Shown one piece after another: positions 56,406 to 64,000 of a DNA stretch of 64,000 nucleotides. The translations under genes and the position numbers were made by a program. Position 1 is the stretch's first letter. Every line of letters starts with the position of its first letter. The notes beneath the pieces are model-generated. The model had not been told where the DNA came from. It searched no databases and saw nothing but the letters and a program-made list of their open reading frames with translations. Origin of the DNA: a virus; the IMG/VR virus record IMGVR_UViG_3300045988_136451; one strand, given 5' to 3'.

Positions 56406-56618
56406 CTACAGCTCCGGTGCCAGATAGCACTTGCCGCCCAGCGCCTTGTACGCGCCGTATCGCTCGTCGGACATGCCGACGTAGGAGAAGCTGCAACCTT
56501 CCAGCTCCGAACGGAGGTACTGGCGCATCTCCTCCTCGGTGCCGTACACGGCCATGACGCTCTCGAAGCCGTTGGCCATGAGCCTCACGAGCCAGTTCCC
56601 ACGATAGCCGTCCAGCAT
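56406..56618 (-). CDS. Hypothetical small protein (70 aa)
   Basis: Track ORF. Confidence 0.25.
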   Translation of the reverse strand: MLDGYRGNWLVRLMANGFESVMAVYGTEEEMRQYLRSELEGCSFSYVGMSDERYGAYKALGGKCYLAPEL

Positions 56619-56720
56619 GGTGCTCCTCCTAAACGAAACGGGCGGTGCCTTTTGACATCGCCCATTCTACAGGATGTAAAACAAGAAGTAAAGAGAAAAG
56701 TTAAGAAAAGAAATTAAGGC

Positions 56721-56954
56721 TTAACTTGCCAGATTGACGGTTGCATAGAAATGCTCGCCATAATATTCGAGGGTAAAATGAAACCCATTCGGCTTGTCGT
56801 CGAAAATGAACTCGCAGGTGCCGACGATGTTCGGCTTTGGCTCTGCGAACGCACTAAGAAGCGCCTCGTCCGGGGTCTCCCCGGTCACGCTGAAGCGATC
56901 TAGCGTTTCTCTATTCTCCGTCTTGGTCTTTACTTCGACATTGTAAACGTTCAT
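56721..56954 (-). CDS. Hypothetical small protein (77 aa)
   Basis: Track ORF. Confidence 0.25.
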   Translation of the reverse strand: MNVYNVEVKTKTENRETLDRFSVTGETPDEALLSAFAEPKPNIVGTCEFIFDDKPNGFHFTLEYYGEHFYATVNLAS

Positions 56955-57015
56955 CGTTCCATCTCCCTTTGTCGTTGCTTGCCTAAAATCGGCCTTTCAA
57001 AAGGTCAATAGAAAT

Positions 57016-57603
57016 TTACGAATAGCCCTCGATAACGTCCTGTCCGAGCGCGTCGAACAACGCGTCCCAAGCGTCGGCCCATTCGCCGACCCACGCCGAA
57101 GGCTCGCCGCCGATCTTGGCGCAGCGCTCGCACGTCTGGCGCTCGCACTTGATGTCGCGGGCGATGACGTACCTCGCCCGGTCGTCGAGCGATTCCACGT
57201 GCCTCTCGATGAAGCGCGCGCAATCGACCGACACGTGGTTGCCGCGTCCGATGGCGTAGCGCTCGGCGTTGATGCACATGTCGGAGAACTCGTTCGCTTT
57301 CAGCTCGACGGTCTTTGGGTCGTCCGCGCGCGCGGCCTGCGCCTCCTTCGTGTCAATCCAGACCAAGCACGGCTCGCCGCCGTCGTCGCTCTTCGGAGAA
57401 TGGAACGCGCCCGTCATGTCGCAGTGCCCGAAGAAGCCCCAATCGGACACGACGTGCTCCGCATGGGAGCGGTACGCGTCCTTGACGCGCATGGGCTTCC
57501 CGTCGATCTTCACCCTGCGCTTGTCGTCGTCCGTGAGCGCCAGCAGCGCGCCCACCGTGATCTCGCATTCTCCGTCCCATAGGTGCTGGTCTTTGATCTT
57601 CAT
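57016..57603 (-). CDS. Hypothetical protein (about 195 aa)
   Basis: Start near MGMKIKDQHLWDGECE. Cys/His-rich. Confidence 0.3.
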   Translation of the reverse strand: MKIKDQHLWDGECEITVGALLALTDDDKRRVKIDGKPMRVKDAYRSHAEHVVSDWGFFGHCDMTGAFHSPKSDDGGEPCLVWIDTKEAQAARADDPKTVELKANEFSDMCINAERYAIGRGNHVSVDCARFIERHVESLDDRARYVIARDIKCERQTCERCAKIGGEPSAWVGEWADAWDALFDALGQDVIEGYS

Positions 57604-58432
57604 GCCCATGCCCTGAACCTTGCCCTTTCCTCGCGCCGATACGCCAGCAGCTCCCTGTGCTGCCAGCATTCCTGATACTCGACCCGCCTCCCGTAGGAGC
57701 GCAGAAGCCGCTCGTGCTCCTTCAGGTCGTCCGGGCAGATGTGTCGCCGCTGCGGCCCTCCGGAATCATGACCTTGCAATGGCCCTCGTACGCCATTTCC
57801 CCCTCCTTACGCCGACAGCAGCACGGCCATGACGAACCCGCCGAGCAGGAACGCGACGGCGCACGGCACGACGAACGGCTCGACCTCCCGCTGCCACGCC
57901 TCGCGCCACTCCTGCTCGGTCATGCGCCCCCTGCCGTCCCCGAACTTCCTTGGAACGCGCCTCTGGCGGCTTCTGACGGCCCTGTGGGCCGAGTTGTCGG
58001 TATACATGGTGTCTTCCTTCCTACGCCCGTCTATAGGGCGTTACGCGAAGCCCTGCGGCTTCATTCTACACGATGTAAGATAAGAAGTAAAGAGAATAAA
58101 TTAAGAAAAGAAATTAAGATGGGCGCGGGCATGCTGCGTGTCCGAGGAGGGAAAGGCCAATGGATGCCCGTAGGCTGGGTTCGCCCGCGCCCGCACCGAT
58201 TGTCTCACGTCCGGGCTGCGGGCGAAAGCACCGTTTCACCGCTCGGACAAATCGAGGCGGGGAAGAATGTCGGCTGTCAGCTGGAACCCCTTCATGCATC
58301 CGAACCTGTCGGCTCCGAGCCGGTACGAGCCGAACGCGCACCCGGCGCACCCATCGTCGCCCATTTGCGGACGCATTCGCCGACGCTCGCGCATCCGCGC
58401 GCCATCCTGCACGCGTCCTCCTGTCGTCGTTC

Positions 58433-58474
58433 AAAAAAAACGGGCGGCGGCAACCATCCATCGAACCGCCGCCC
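58433..58474 (-). terminator. Rho-independent terminator with embedded GGTTCGATGG
   Basis: Hairpin GGGCGGCGG...CCGCCGCCC followed by T8 on the minus strand. It ends the long non-coding minus transcript that includes tRNA-Arg. Confidence 0.55.
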
Positions 58475-59066
58475 TTGGGAGCCGCATTGAGCGCGCGCTG
58501 GCTCCCTTCCACTTCCGGCAAAGGCTTCTAAGGTCAAGCAGCCCTACTCCCGTTCGGGAACCCAGCCGGTCGCGGCATCCGCGCTCATGATCGCCTCCGC
58601 CGCGTGCTTTGCGCCCAGCCGCACCTCGATTCAGTGGCGTAGGACTGTGCCTGTCCACCATGCACGAATAGTGCCGCCCGCCCCTATGCCGGGTCTTTCG
58701 CATAGGGTTCGATGGGCGCTCCGCCCCTCCGAACAGAGCGCGCATCGAACCTCATGCCGAAGGGAAGAGCGCGGGACGGCGGAGGAATCGAACCGCCTGA
58801 TCGCCGACCACCTCAATCAAGGCGAACCCGCCCGACGACGCTTCCCGCCCTCAACGTATCGCCCTGCCGTCGCAAGGGGTATCCAGTGGGCATCCAACGC
58901 CGCATGCGAGCCGTCCCGCTCCCCGCAGGACGCGTTTTCGGGCTTAGGTGACTCACCCTACTTGCATCCCGCTGACAGTGCCGTTCCGGCTATTCACAGC
59001 CTTGCAGTGAGTGGTCGGCCTGTATGCCGCATCTCAACCGACTTGACCGCAAGGCGACTGCTCGTC

Positions 59067-59143
59067 TGGCACCCCCGGTAGGAATCGAACCTACGACCTG
59101 ATTCTTAGGAGGAATCTGCCCTTCCGCTGGGCTACGGGGGTGC
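59067..59143 (-). tRNA. tRNA-Arg (anticodon CCU)
   Basis: Acceptor stem GCACCCC/GGGGTGC. Anticodon stem GATTC/GAATC with loop CTCCTAA. T-arm GTAGG-TTCGATT-CCTAC. CCA is encoded. The D-arm region is 1-2 nt longer than canonical. Confidence 0.6.
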
Positions 59144-59462
59144 GTTTTCAACGTTTCGTCCGGGAGGGTGTACGGCCCTCCCGGCTCCGGGCATCCCCGT
59201 CGCGCTTGACCGCTCTCCTCCCTCCACGGGAGGTGCGGACATGGGCGCTCCGAACGCCGTTGGGCGGGCATTGCCCCGCCGCCGCAACGGTACGCGTACC
59301 TCGCTCCGGCGCGCTCGTCCTTCGTGCGCGCCGCCGAGCGTCTTATCTCGCCGGTGCGTCGCCCATGTTACCACACTTCTTAACTCTTGTCTTAACCTTT
59401 TCTTTCTTTTTTTTATCTTACAAAAGAAAGGCCCGCGATTGCGGGCCGTGGCTTCAGTCCGG

Positions 59463-59545
59463 GAGGGCGGGAATCGAACCCGCACATGCTGTACCTGTTA
59501 TGGCGCGCCCAGTGCTCTGCCGTTGAGCTACCTCCCGATGCATGG
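59463..59545 (-). ncRNA. tRNA-like element with an atypical anticodon region (possible pseudo-tRNA)
   Basis: Has an acceptor half CGGGAGG/CCTCCCG, a canonical D-arm GCTCAACGGCAGAGC and a T-arm GCGGG-TTCGATT-CCCGC. The central 29 nt contain the palindrome GGCGCGCC and cannot be folded into an anticodon arm. Confidence 0.35.
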
Positions 59546-59964
59546 GAAGCGCCGGAGGAAGGTGCAATGCGCACCGTTCGGGCGCTTCCCAAGTTCGCTG
59601 CGGGTGCCCTCGCCGTCCGCAGTCAGGATGCCCACCGATGATGACTTTCGGCATCCTCCCTCGCCCCTCTGCGCGGCCCGTTCGCAGCGGCCCGTGCTCG
59701 GAACCCGCGTTCGGGAAACTACCGGATAACGGCGTCCTCCCACCGCGTACCCCGCTCGCCTCCTCTGCGAAAGTCGGCCACGGGGGTGCCTTCGTGGATG
59801 CGCGCGAGCGTCACGTCCGATTCGTCCATAGCCCTAGCCATCGAAGGCCTAGCGCCGCATCCCAAGGCATCAGCTTCGTCGCTGACGGAAAGTCGAGGGC
59901 GGGGAGCTGCGGGCCGACGATGCGACGGCGCGCCCCTCATCCTTTCGGGCAGAACGGCGCGACC

Positions 59965-59980
59965 TCGATTAAATAATCGA
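59965..59980. repeat. AT-rich palindrome TCGATTAAATAATCGA (site 5)
   Basis: Perfect copy in the non-coding tRNA region. Confidence 0.8.
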
Positions 59981-60048
59981 CATGTCGCATCAACCGCCCT
60001 CGGCCTTCCGTCAGCGGGCACCTTTCGATGCCGCGCTGTTTGTCCGTA

Positions 60049-60123
60049 TGGTACGGGGTGCAGGTGTCGAACCTGCGGCCAAGGAATTATGAGTTCCCTG
60101 CTCTACCGTTGAGCTAACCCCGC
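60049..60123 (-). tRNA. tRNA-Met (anticodon CAU)
   Basis: Acceptor stem GCGGGGT/ACCCCGT with a G1-U72 wobble. D-arm GCTCAACGGTAGAGC. Anticodon stem GGGAA/TTCCT with loop CTCATAA. T-arm GCAGG-TTCGACA-CCTGC. CCA is encoded. Could instead be a lysidine-modified Ile tRNA. Confidence 0.65.
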
Positions 60124-60287
60124 ATGGATGTCAAAGAGCGTTCAAACGACGCTTCGATGCGTTCTTCGTTGCCTTACCGCACCTATTGTGTCCAAGCATA
60201 CGCCATATCGTTTGGAAAGCGCCGTATACGGTTCGGCGCTTTCCCTTATATGCCGCACATCGTCGTTTGTCAGCTTGCGTCTTCCGC

Positions 60288-60701
60288 TCAACTTCCTGCC
60301 AAGCACATCGCGAGCGTGCAAGATGTTCTCTCTCGACCGGTGCACCATTCAAGGTTCTCGACAGCGTTGTTGGCCTTGTCGCCGTCGATGTGGTTCACTT
60401 GCGGCTTGCCATCGTCGTTCGGTATGAACGCCTCTGCGACAAGCCTGTGGATGCACTTTGTTTCCGTTGCGCCCATGTTGCTCAACAGAACAAGATGGTA
60501 TCCGTATGTGTTCACCCGGTCGGCAAGAATCTTTTCCGATTGCATGCGATGGAGGCTTCCATCCGCCCTGTAAATAGGGCGTTCGAGGCTTTTGACGCGA
60601 CCGCAACTGGATACTTGATAGCATCCTTCGCAGCCTGCTATGCCGCGCCATTCCTCCATCGCATGCACCTTCTCCACCTTGCGCTGCCTCGCAACGGGCA
60701 T
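60288..60701 (-). mobile_element. HNH homing endonuclease (137 aa; the true start may be MEEWRGIAG at about 60659)
   Basis: Motifs CEGCYQVSSCGRVKS, CIHRLVAEAF and VNHIDGDKANNAVENLEW. Confidence 0.6.
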
Positions 60702-60862
60702 CCTATCACGTGTTAAGAAAAGAAGTCAAGTGAAAAGTGGGAAATATGAAGGGTATATGTAAAACAAGAATGTAAGAGAATAATTTAAGAAAAGAAGTTG
60801 AGATTAAAACCGATAGCGTGCAACATGGACGGCATCGGAGCGAACGAAGCGAAGGAGCGACC

Positions 60863-61143
60863 ATGAAGACGAACGAGACCGAGGCGCGCGAGATGGCCGA
60901 CGAGGGGATGCCGGTCGAGACGCGAAGATCGTGTCGAGCGACCTGCTGCCCGGCTGCTGGGACGTGGTGCTGAACGGCGAGAGGAAGGGCACCATCGGCA
61001 TCGACCGCCAAGGCGAGTTCAACGTGTCCATGAAGGACGGCATCGAAACCTACGGCGAGGGATACCGCCTCGATTCTCTGCGCAAGGCGAGCGAATGGGC
61101 GATAACCCATCTCGCGCACGAGGAGATAGGGAAGGGGTGGTAG
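60863..61143 (+). CDS. Small ORF(s): ATG 60863 with a strong ribosome-binding site (36 aa), overlapping a GTG-start 70-aa ORF at 60931..61143
   Basis: GAAGGAG precedes the ATG by 6 nt. The two frames are related by a -1 shift and may form one roughly 93-aa product. Confidence 0.3.
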
Positions 61144-61145
61144 CC

Positions 61146-61607
61146 ATGGAGTGGTACGGGAGCGTCGAGAACCGCATGGACGAGGGCAAGCAGGTCGGCG
61201 CGCTGCGCGTGGGCATGGGCGCGACGGAGATGATGTACTCCGACCGCGAGCCGTACACGGTGCAGAAGGTCGTCAGCCCCTCCCGCGTGATCGTGACCAA
61301 GGACAAGTGGACGCGCGTCGATTCCAACGGGCGAAGCGAGTGCCAAGAGTACGCTTGCGAGAGCGTTCCGCTGACCGTCGGCGAGAAGAAGCGGCGCTGC
61401 ACGCACATGCTCTTCATGCAGATCGGAACCGACAGATGCGACGACAGGGGCGAGACGGACGGCTGCGGCGGCTGCAAGTGGCTCAGGGAGACCGCGCCAA
61501 CCAACGGCGTGACGCTCGTCAAGACCAAGCGGGGGTGGAAGGCGCTCGGGCAAGACCGACGGTTCGCGCTGGGCATCCGCGAGAAGTGCGAAGACCCGAC
61601 GTTCTAG
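61146..61607 (+). CDS. Hypothetical Cys-rich protein (about 153 aa)
   Basis: ATG at 61146 (MEWYGSVENRMDEGKQ), preceded by a GGAAGGGG ribosome-binding site. Confidence 0.4.
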   Translation: MEWYGSVENRMDEGKQVGALRVGMGATEMMYSDREPYTVQKVVSPSRVIVTKDKWTRVDSNGRSECQEYACESVPLTVGEKKRRCTHMLFMQIGTDRCDDRGETDGCGGCKWLRETAPTNGVTLVKTKRGWKALGQDRRFALGIREKCEDPTF

Positions 61608-61621
61608 GAAGGAGCAGGGAG

Positions 61622-61915
61622 ATGATCTGCCAGTTGGAGGCCATGCACGACGCGAGGAAGTCGTTCTACGGGAAGGCGCTCGTGGAATCGGGGGGGGGCA
61701 CCCTGACGCTGTACGGCTACGGCGCTAAGGTGGCCGAGACGCAGGGGCAGGGCCGCATCGCGCTCTACCCGGACGCGGACTACAGCCCGACCACGCGCAG
61801 GCACGTGAAGGAGTTCGCCAAGCAGCAGGCCGGGAAGTCCATATCGACCGAGGAGCTGCGCGCCGTCGTCGATGGGCGCATGCGCTTCGAGGACGCGGGC
61901 AAGCCGCTCGCGTAA
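61622..61915 (+). CDS. Hypothetical protein (97 aa) with an in-frame G9 homopolymer at 61690..61698
   Basis: ATG at 61622 preceded by GGAAGGAG. The G9 run encodes SGGG. Confidence 0.4.
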   Translation: MICQLEAMHDARKSFYGKALVESGGGTLTLYGYGAKVAETQGQGRIALYPDADYSPTTRRHVKEFAKQQAGKSISTEELRAVVDGRMRFEDAGKPLA

Positions 61916-61916
61916 C

Positions 61917-61939
61917 GGGGGGGGGCTTCGGCCCCCCCT
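61917..61939. terminator. Bidirectional hairpin G9-CTTCGG-C8
   Basis: Lies between the convergent genes 61622..61915 (plus) and 61939..62691 (minus). Confidence 0.5.
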
Positions 61940-62691
61940 TACGCGTCGAGGATGCCGTTCAGCTCCTCCTCGTCCGTCATAACGCCAGCGGCCACAAGCT
62001 CCTCGCGCGTCCGGGCGCGACCGAGCCTGTCGTAGTCGTCGGCGATAACGTCGTAGTCTATCTCCGTCACGGACTGCGCGGCCTGAACGGGGATGGCCGT
62101 GAAGTCCATCTTCATGCCGATGGCCTGCGAGCGGGCGATGATCGAGGCGAGCTGTTCGGGCGTTACCACGCTCTTGACCGCCTCGCCGATTGCCGCCAAG
62201 GCCATGTAGAAGCCCTGACGGTCGCCGTCGGCCATGAAGTCCCTCTCCTCCTGCGCCTTCTGCAAGCGTTCCATCGCCTCCATGATCTGCAACATCTCGC
62301 CGACGTTGCGCGGCCTTATCTTGCCCTCCGCAACGTCGCGCGCTCCCTGTATGAACATCGTCTGAAGCATGGACTGCGCCGTGATTCGCGGGGTCTCGCC
62401 GTCCTCGTTCACGATGCCCTTCATGATGATGCCCGCCTCCAAGGCGGTCTCTTCGAGATGGTGGTTCGCCATGTGGTTCTGAAGCGTGCGCGCTCGGAAG
62501 TCGGTGCCGTACGCCTTGTTGACGACGGACGCAAGCTCCGTCCACGACAGCGCCGCGCCGGTGACGCACGTCATCTCGATTGCCGCGCGGTCTGGGTGCG
62601 AGCACACCTTGCACTTCGCGGGCCTTCCCTTGCGTATGTTCTTCTGTGCGGTCATGTCGGCAATTCTACGACAAACCACCCATGAAAGCAA
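61939..62691 (-). CDS. DNA-binding protein with N-terminal basic/zinc motif, terminase-small-subunit-like (250 aa)
   Basis: N-terminus MTAQKNIRKGRPAKCKVCSHPDRAAIE; the rest is helical. Confidence 0.3.
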   Translation of the reverse strand: MLSWVVCRRIADMTAQKNIRKGRPAKCKVCSHPDRAAIEMTCVTGAALSWTELASVVNKAYGTDFRARTLQNHMANHHLEETALEAGIIMKGIVNEDGETPRITAQSMLQTMFIQGARDVAEGKIRPRNVGEMLQIMEAMERLQKAQEERDFMADGDRQGFYMALAAIGEAVKSVVTPEQLASIIARSQAIGMKMDFTAIPVQAAQSVTEIDYDVIADDYDRLGRARTREELVAAGVMTDEEELNGILDA

Positions 62692-62737
62692 AAGACCCCG
62701 CCTTACGCGGGGTCTCCGTGGCTCCTATGGGCGTTCG

Positions 62738-63211
62738 CTAGGGTTGCAGCCTGCTCGCCATGACCGTCTCCACGAGGGAGCGCGCCGCGATCTCGCAGTT
62801 GCCCTTGACGACCGACAGCGGGTCTTCCCCGTCGAGCGCGCCAGCGTCGAACGTGACGGAGGTCGTCAGCTCGAAGAGCTGGCCCCCGAACGAGAGGCCG
62901 ACGAGGATGCCCGACGCGAGGCGGTCGCCGTCGATTCCCTCGTTGGCCGGTACGGTGTACACGAGGTTTCCGTGCAGGTTGCGCGCGACCAGAGCGCCGC
63001 TGACGGCCAGCGCCAGCTCGCGGCGCACTGCGCCCGTCCAGCGCTTGCAGCCGCTTCCAACGCCCTCGCCCGACGCGGCGGGCAGCTTGGCGACGGCGTT
63101 GCCGTTGTAGGCGCACACGATCTCGCGCCCGTCCACGCGCGCGGCGTACGGGCTTCCATCGCCGCCAAGAACGGCCTCCGTGACCTTCTCGGCCTTACCC
63201 TTGCTCGCCAT
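62738..63211 (-). CDS. Hypothetical protein (157 aa)
   Basis: Track ORF. Confidence 0.3.
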   Translation of the reverse strand: MASKGKAEKVTEAVLGGDGSPYAARVDGREIVCAYNGNAVAKLPAASGEGVGSGCKRWTGAVRRELALAVSGALVARNLHGNLVYTVPANEGIDGDRLASGILVGLSFGGQLFELTTSVTFDAGALDGEDPLSVVKGNCEIAARSLVETVMASRLQP

Positions 63212-63998
63212 CTCGCACCGCCCTCTCGCATACCTTGCGGTAGCCTTCCAGCTTACACAGCTCGTCCTCTATGCGCTCCTTGCAAATCTCAACGCCAAGA
63301 TCGTGGTCGTAGTTGTCCGGGTCGATGCACGCGCTCTGCTCGGTGATCGTCCAGCCGTTGGGCAGCTTGGCCGTGACCACCGTGGTGTTGCCGTAGAGCT
63401 TGCAGTCGGAGAACTCGGCGGCCTCCATGAGCGCGTCGATCTCCTCGCCCGTCACGCGGTTGTCGGTCTGGCCGGTCTCCAGCGGCTTCGGCTCGAAGTC
63501 CGGGCAACCCTCGCAGCGCTGCGAGCCGACCAGCTCCCTGATGAGGTCGATGCTCTCCACGCGGTCTTTCAGCGCGTCGAGGGCGGCGTTGCGCTCGCCG
63601 CAGAAGCCGCCGTGCACCTCCTTGCGGTAGAATTTGGCGATGTGCTTGACGAGCCTGCGCGCCTTGCGCTCGATCTCCTCGTCGTCGGGCCAGCCGTTGA
63701 ACGCCATCTCGTACTGGAACGACATGGTGTACTTGCCCTCGGAAGGGTCGAAGTCGCACTCGGTCTTCTTCAGCACCTCGAACGCCTCGTCGATCTTGCG
63801 CCCGGCGATCTCGGCGGTCGCGCGGTACGTGATGCCGCCTTTCCAGAAGTCGGTCACGACGAGCTGCGCGTCCACGACGCAGCACCCGTCCTCCTCAATG
63901 CGCAGCTGCGGCATGCCGTGTAGCCTGTCAGCGACCAGCTCTGCGACGTTCGCGGGCGACAGCGCGCACGGCAGCTTCGCCGTCTTCGTCTTTCCCAT
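63195..63998 (-). CDS. Hypothetical protein (267 aa), start at the window edge
   Basis: Track ORF. Multiple Cys pairs (CEGCPDF, CGERN). Confidence 0.3.
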   Translation of the reverse strand: MGKTKTAKLPCALSPANVAELVADRLHGMPQLRIEEDGCCVVDAQLVVTDFWKGGITYRATAEIAGRKIDEAFEVLKKTECDFDPSEGKYTMSFQYEMAFNGWPDDEEIERKARRLVKHIAKFYRKEVHGGFCGERNAALDALKDRVESIDLIRELVGSQRCEGCPDFEPKPLETGQTDNRVTGEEIDALMEAAEFSDCKLYGNTTVVTAKLPNGWTITEQSACIDPDNYDHDLGVEICKERIEDELCKLEGYRKVCERAVRDGEQG

Positions 63999-64000
63999 GA

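Noticed and set aside
57657-58490. The 277-aa plus-strand ORF across the C element and the non-coding region
   Set aside because: Arg/Pro/Gly-rich low-complexity translation with no ribosome-binding site. It overlaps terminator and T-loop-like repeats, so it is most likely non-coding.
59463-59545. A third bona fide tRNA
   Set aside because: The acceptor, D and T arms are present but no anticodon stem can be paired. It is reported only as a tRNA-like or pseudo-tRNA element.
58100-60200. A prophage attachment site or integrase next to the tRNA genes
   Set aside because: No tyrosine or serine recombinase ORF is recognisable in the window, and phage-like genes continue on both sides of the tRNAs. 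The tRNAs are more likely phage-encoded. An att site cannot be excluded without flanking host sequence.
61939-62691. Assigning 61939..62691 as the terminase small subunit
   Set aside because: It is 26 kb away from terL, and another candidate sits directly upstream of terL. Only a basic/zinc N-terminus supports the idea, so it is kept as a generic DNA-binding protein.

Overview
This 64 kb, high-GC (about 65% by eye) window is almost entirely tailed-phage DNA, either a prophage or a phage contig, and both window edges fall inside phage genes.

- **Positions 40 kb down to 1 (minus strand): one long virion operon.** In order it carries a replication/early region, candidate small and large terminase subunits, and a split beta-helix/FN3 moron. 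Next come the portal, a SWIM zinc-finger protein, two membrane proteins and a protease/scaffold-like protein. These are followed by head decoration paralogs, scaffold and major capsid protein, then neck proteins. The tail genes are sheath, tube, G/GT chaperones with a -1 frameshift, tape measure protein and distal tail proteins. The last gene has an NlpC/P60 domain and runs off the left edge. The sheath and tube pair implies a contractile tail.
- **Positions 40-46.6 kb (minus):** accessory genes, including a MazG-like protein, a free GIY-YIG homing endonuclease and an RtcB RNA ligase.
- **Positions 46.7-50.5 kb (minus):** a 1250-aa collagen-like modular tail fibre.
- **Positions 50.5-52.6 kb (plus):** a tandem array of four paralogous small genes, each with its own sigma70-like promoter carrying a C9 homopolymer in an over-long 19-bp spacer. 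A fifth orphan copy of this promoter sits at 12.06 kb next to an identical terminator.
- **Positions 52.7-58 kb (minus):** a GH25-LysM endolysin and small early/moron genes.
- **Positions 58.4-60.2 kb:** a largely non-coding region with tRNA-Arg(CCU), tRNA-Met(CAU), a tRNA-like element and repeated GGTTCGAT T-loop-like fragments.
- **Positions 60.2-64 kb:** an HNH endonuclease, small plus-strand genes (one with a G9 tract in frame) and three more minus-strand genes.

Selfish elements are abundant: four LAGLIDADG inteins sit in the large terminase, portal, protease/scaffold-like and neck genes, alongside two free homing endonuclease genes. Two AT-rich repeat families (a 16-bp palindrome at 8 sites and a roughly 50-nt purine-rich element at 6 sites) punctuate module boundaries. 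No integrase, repressor, reverse transcriptase or CRISPR array was seen. All functional names below are inferred from motifs I recognise in the translated ORFs, not from database searches.
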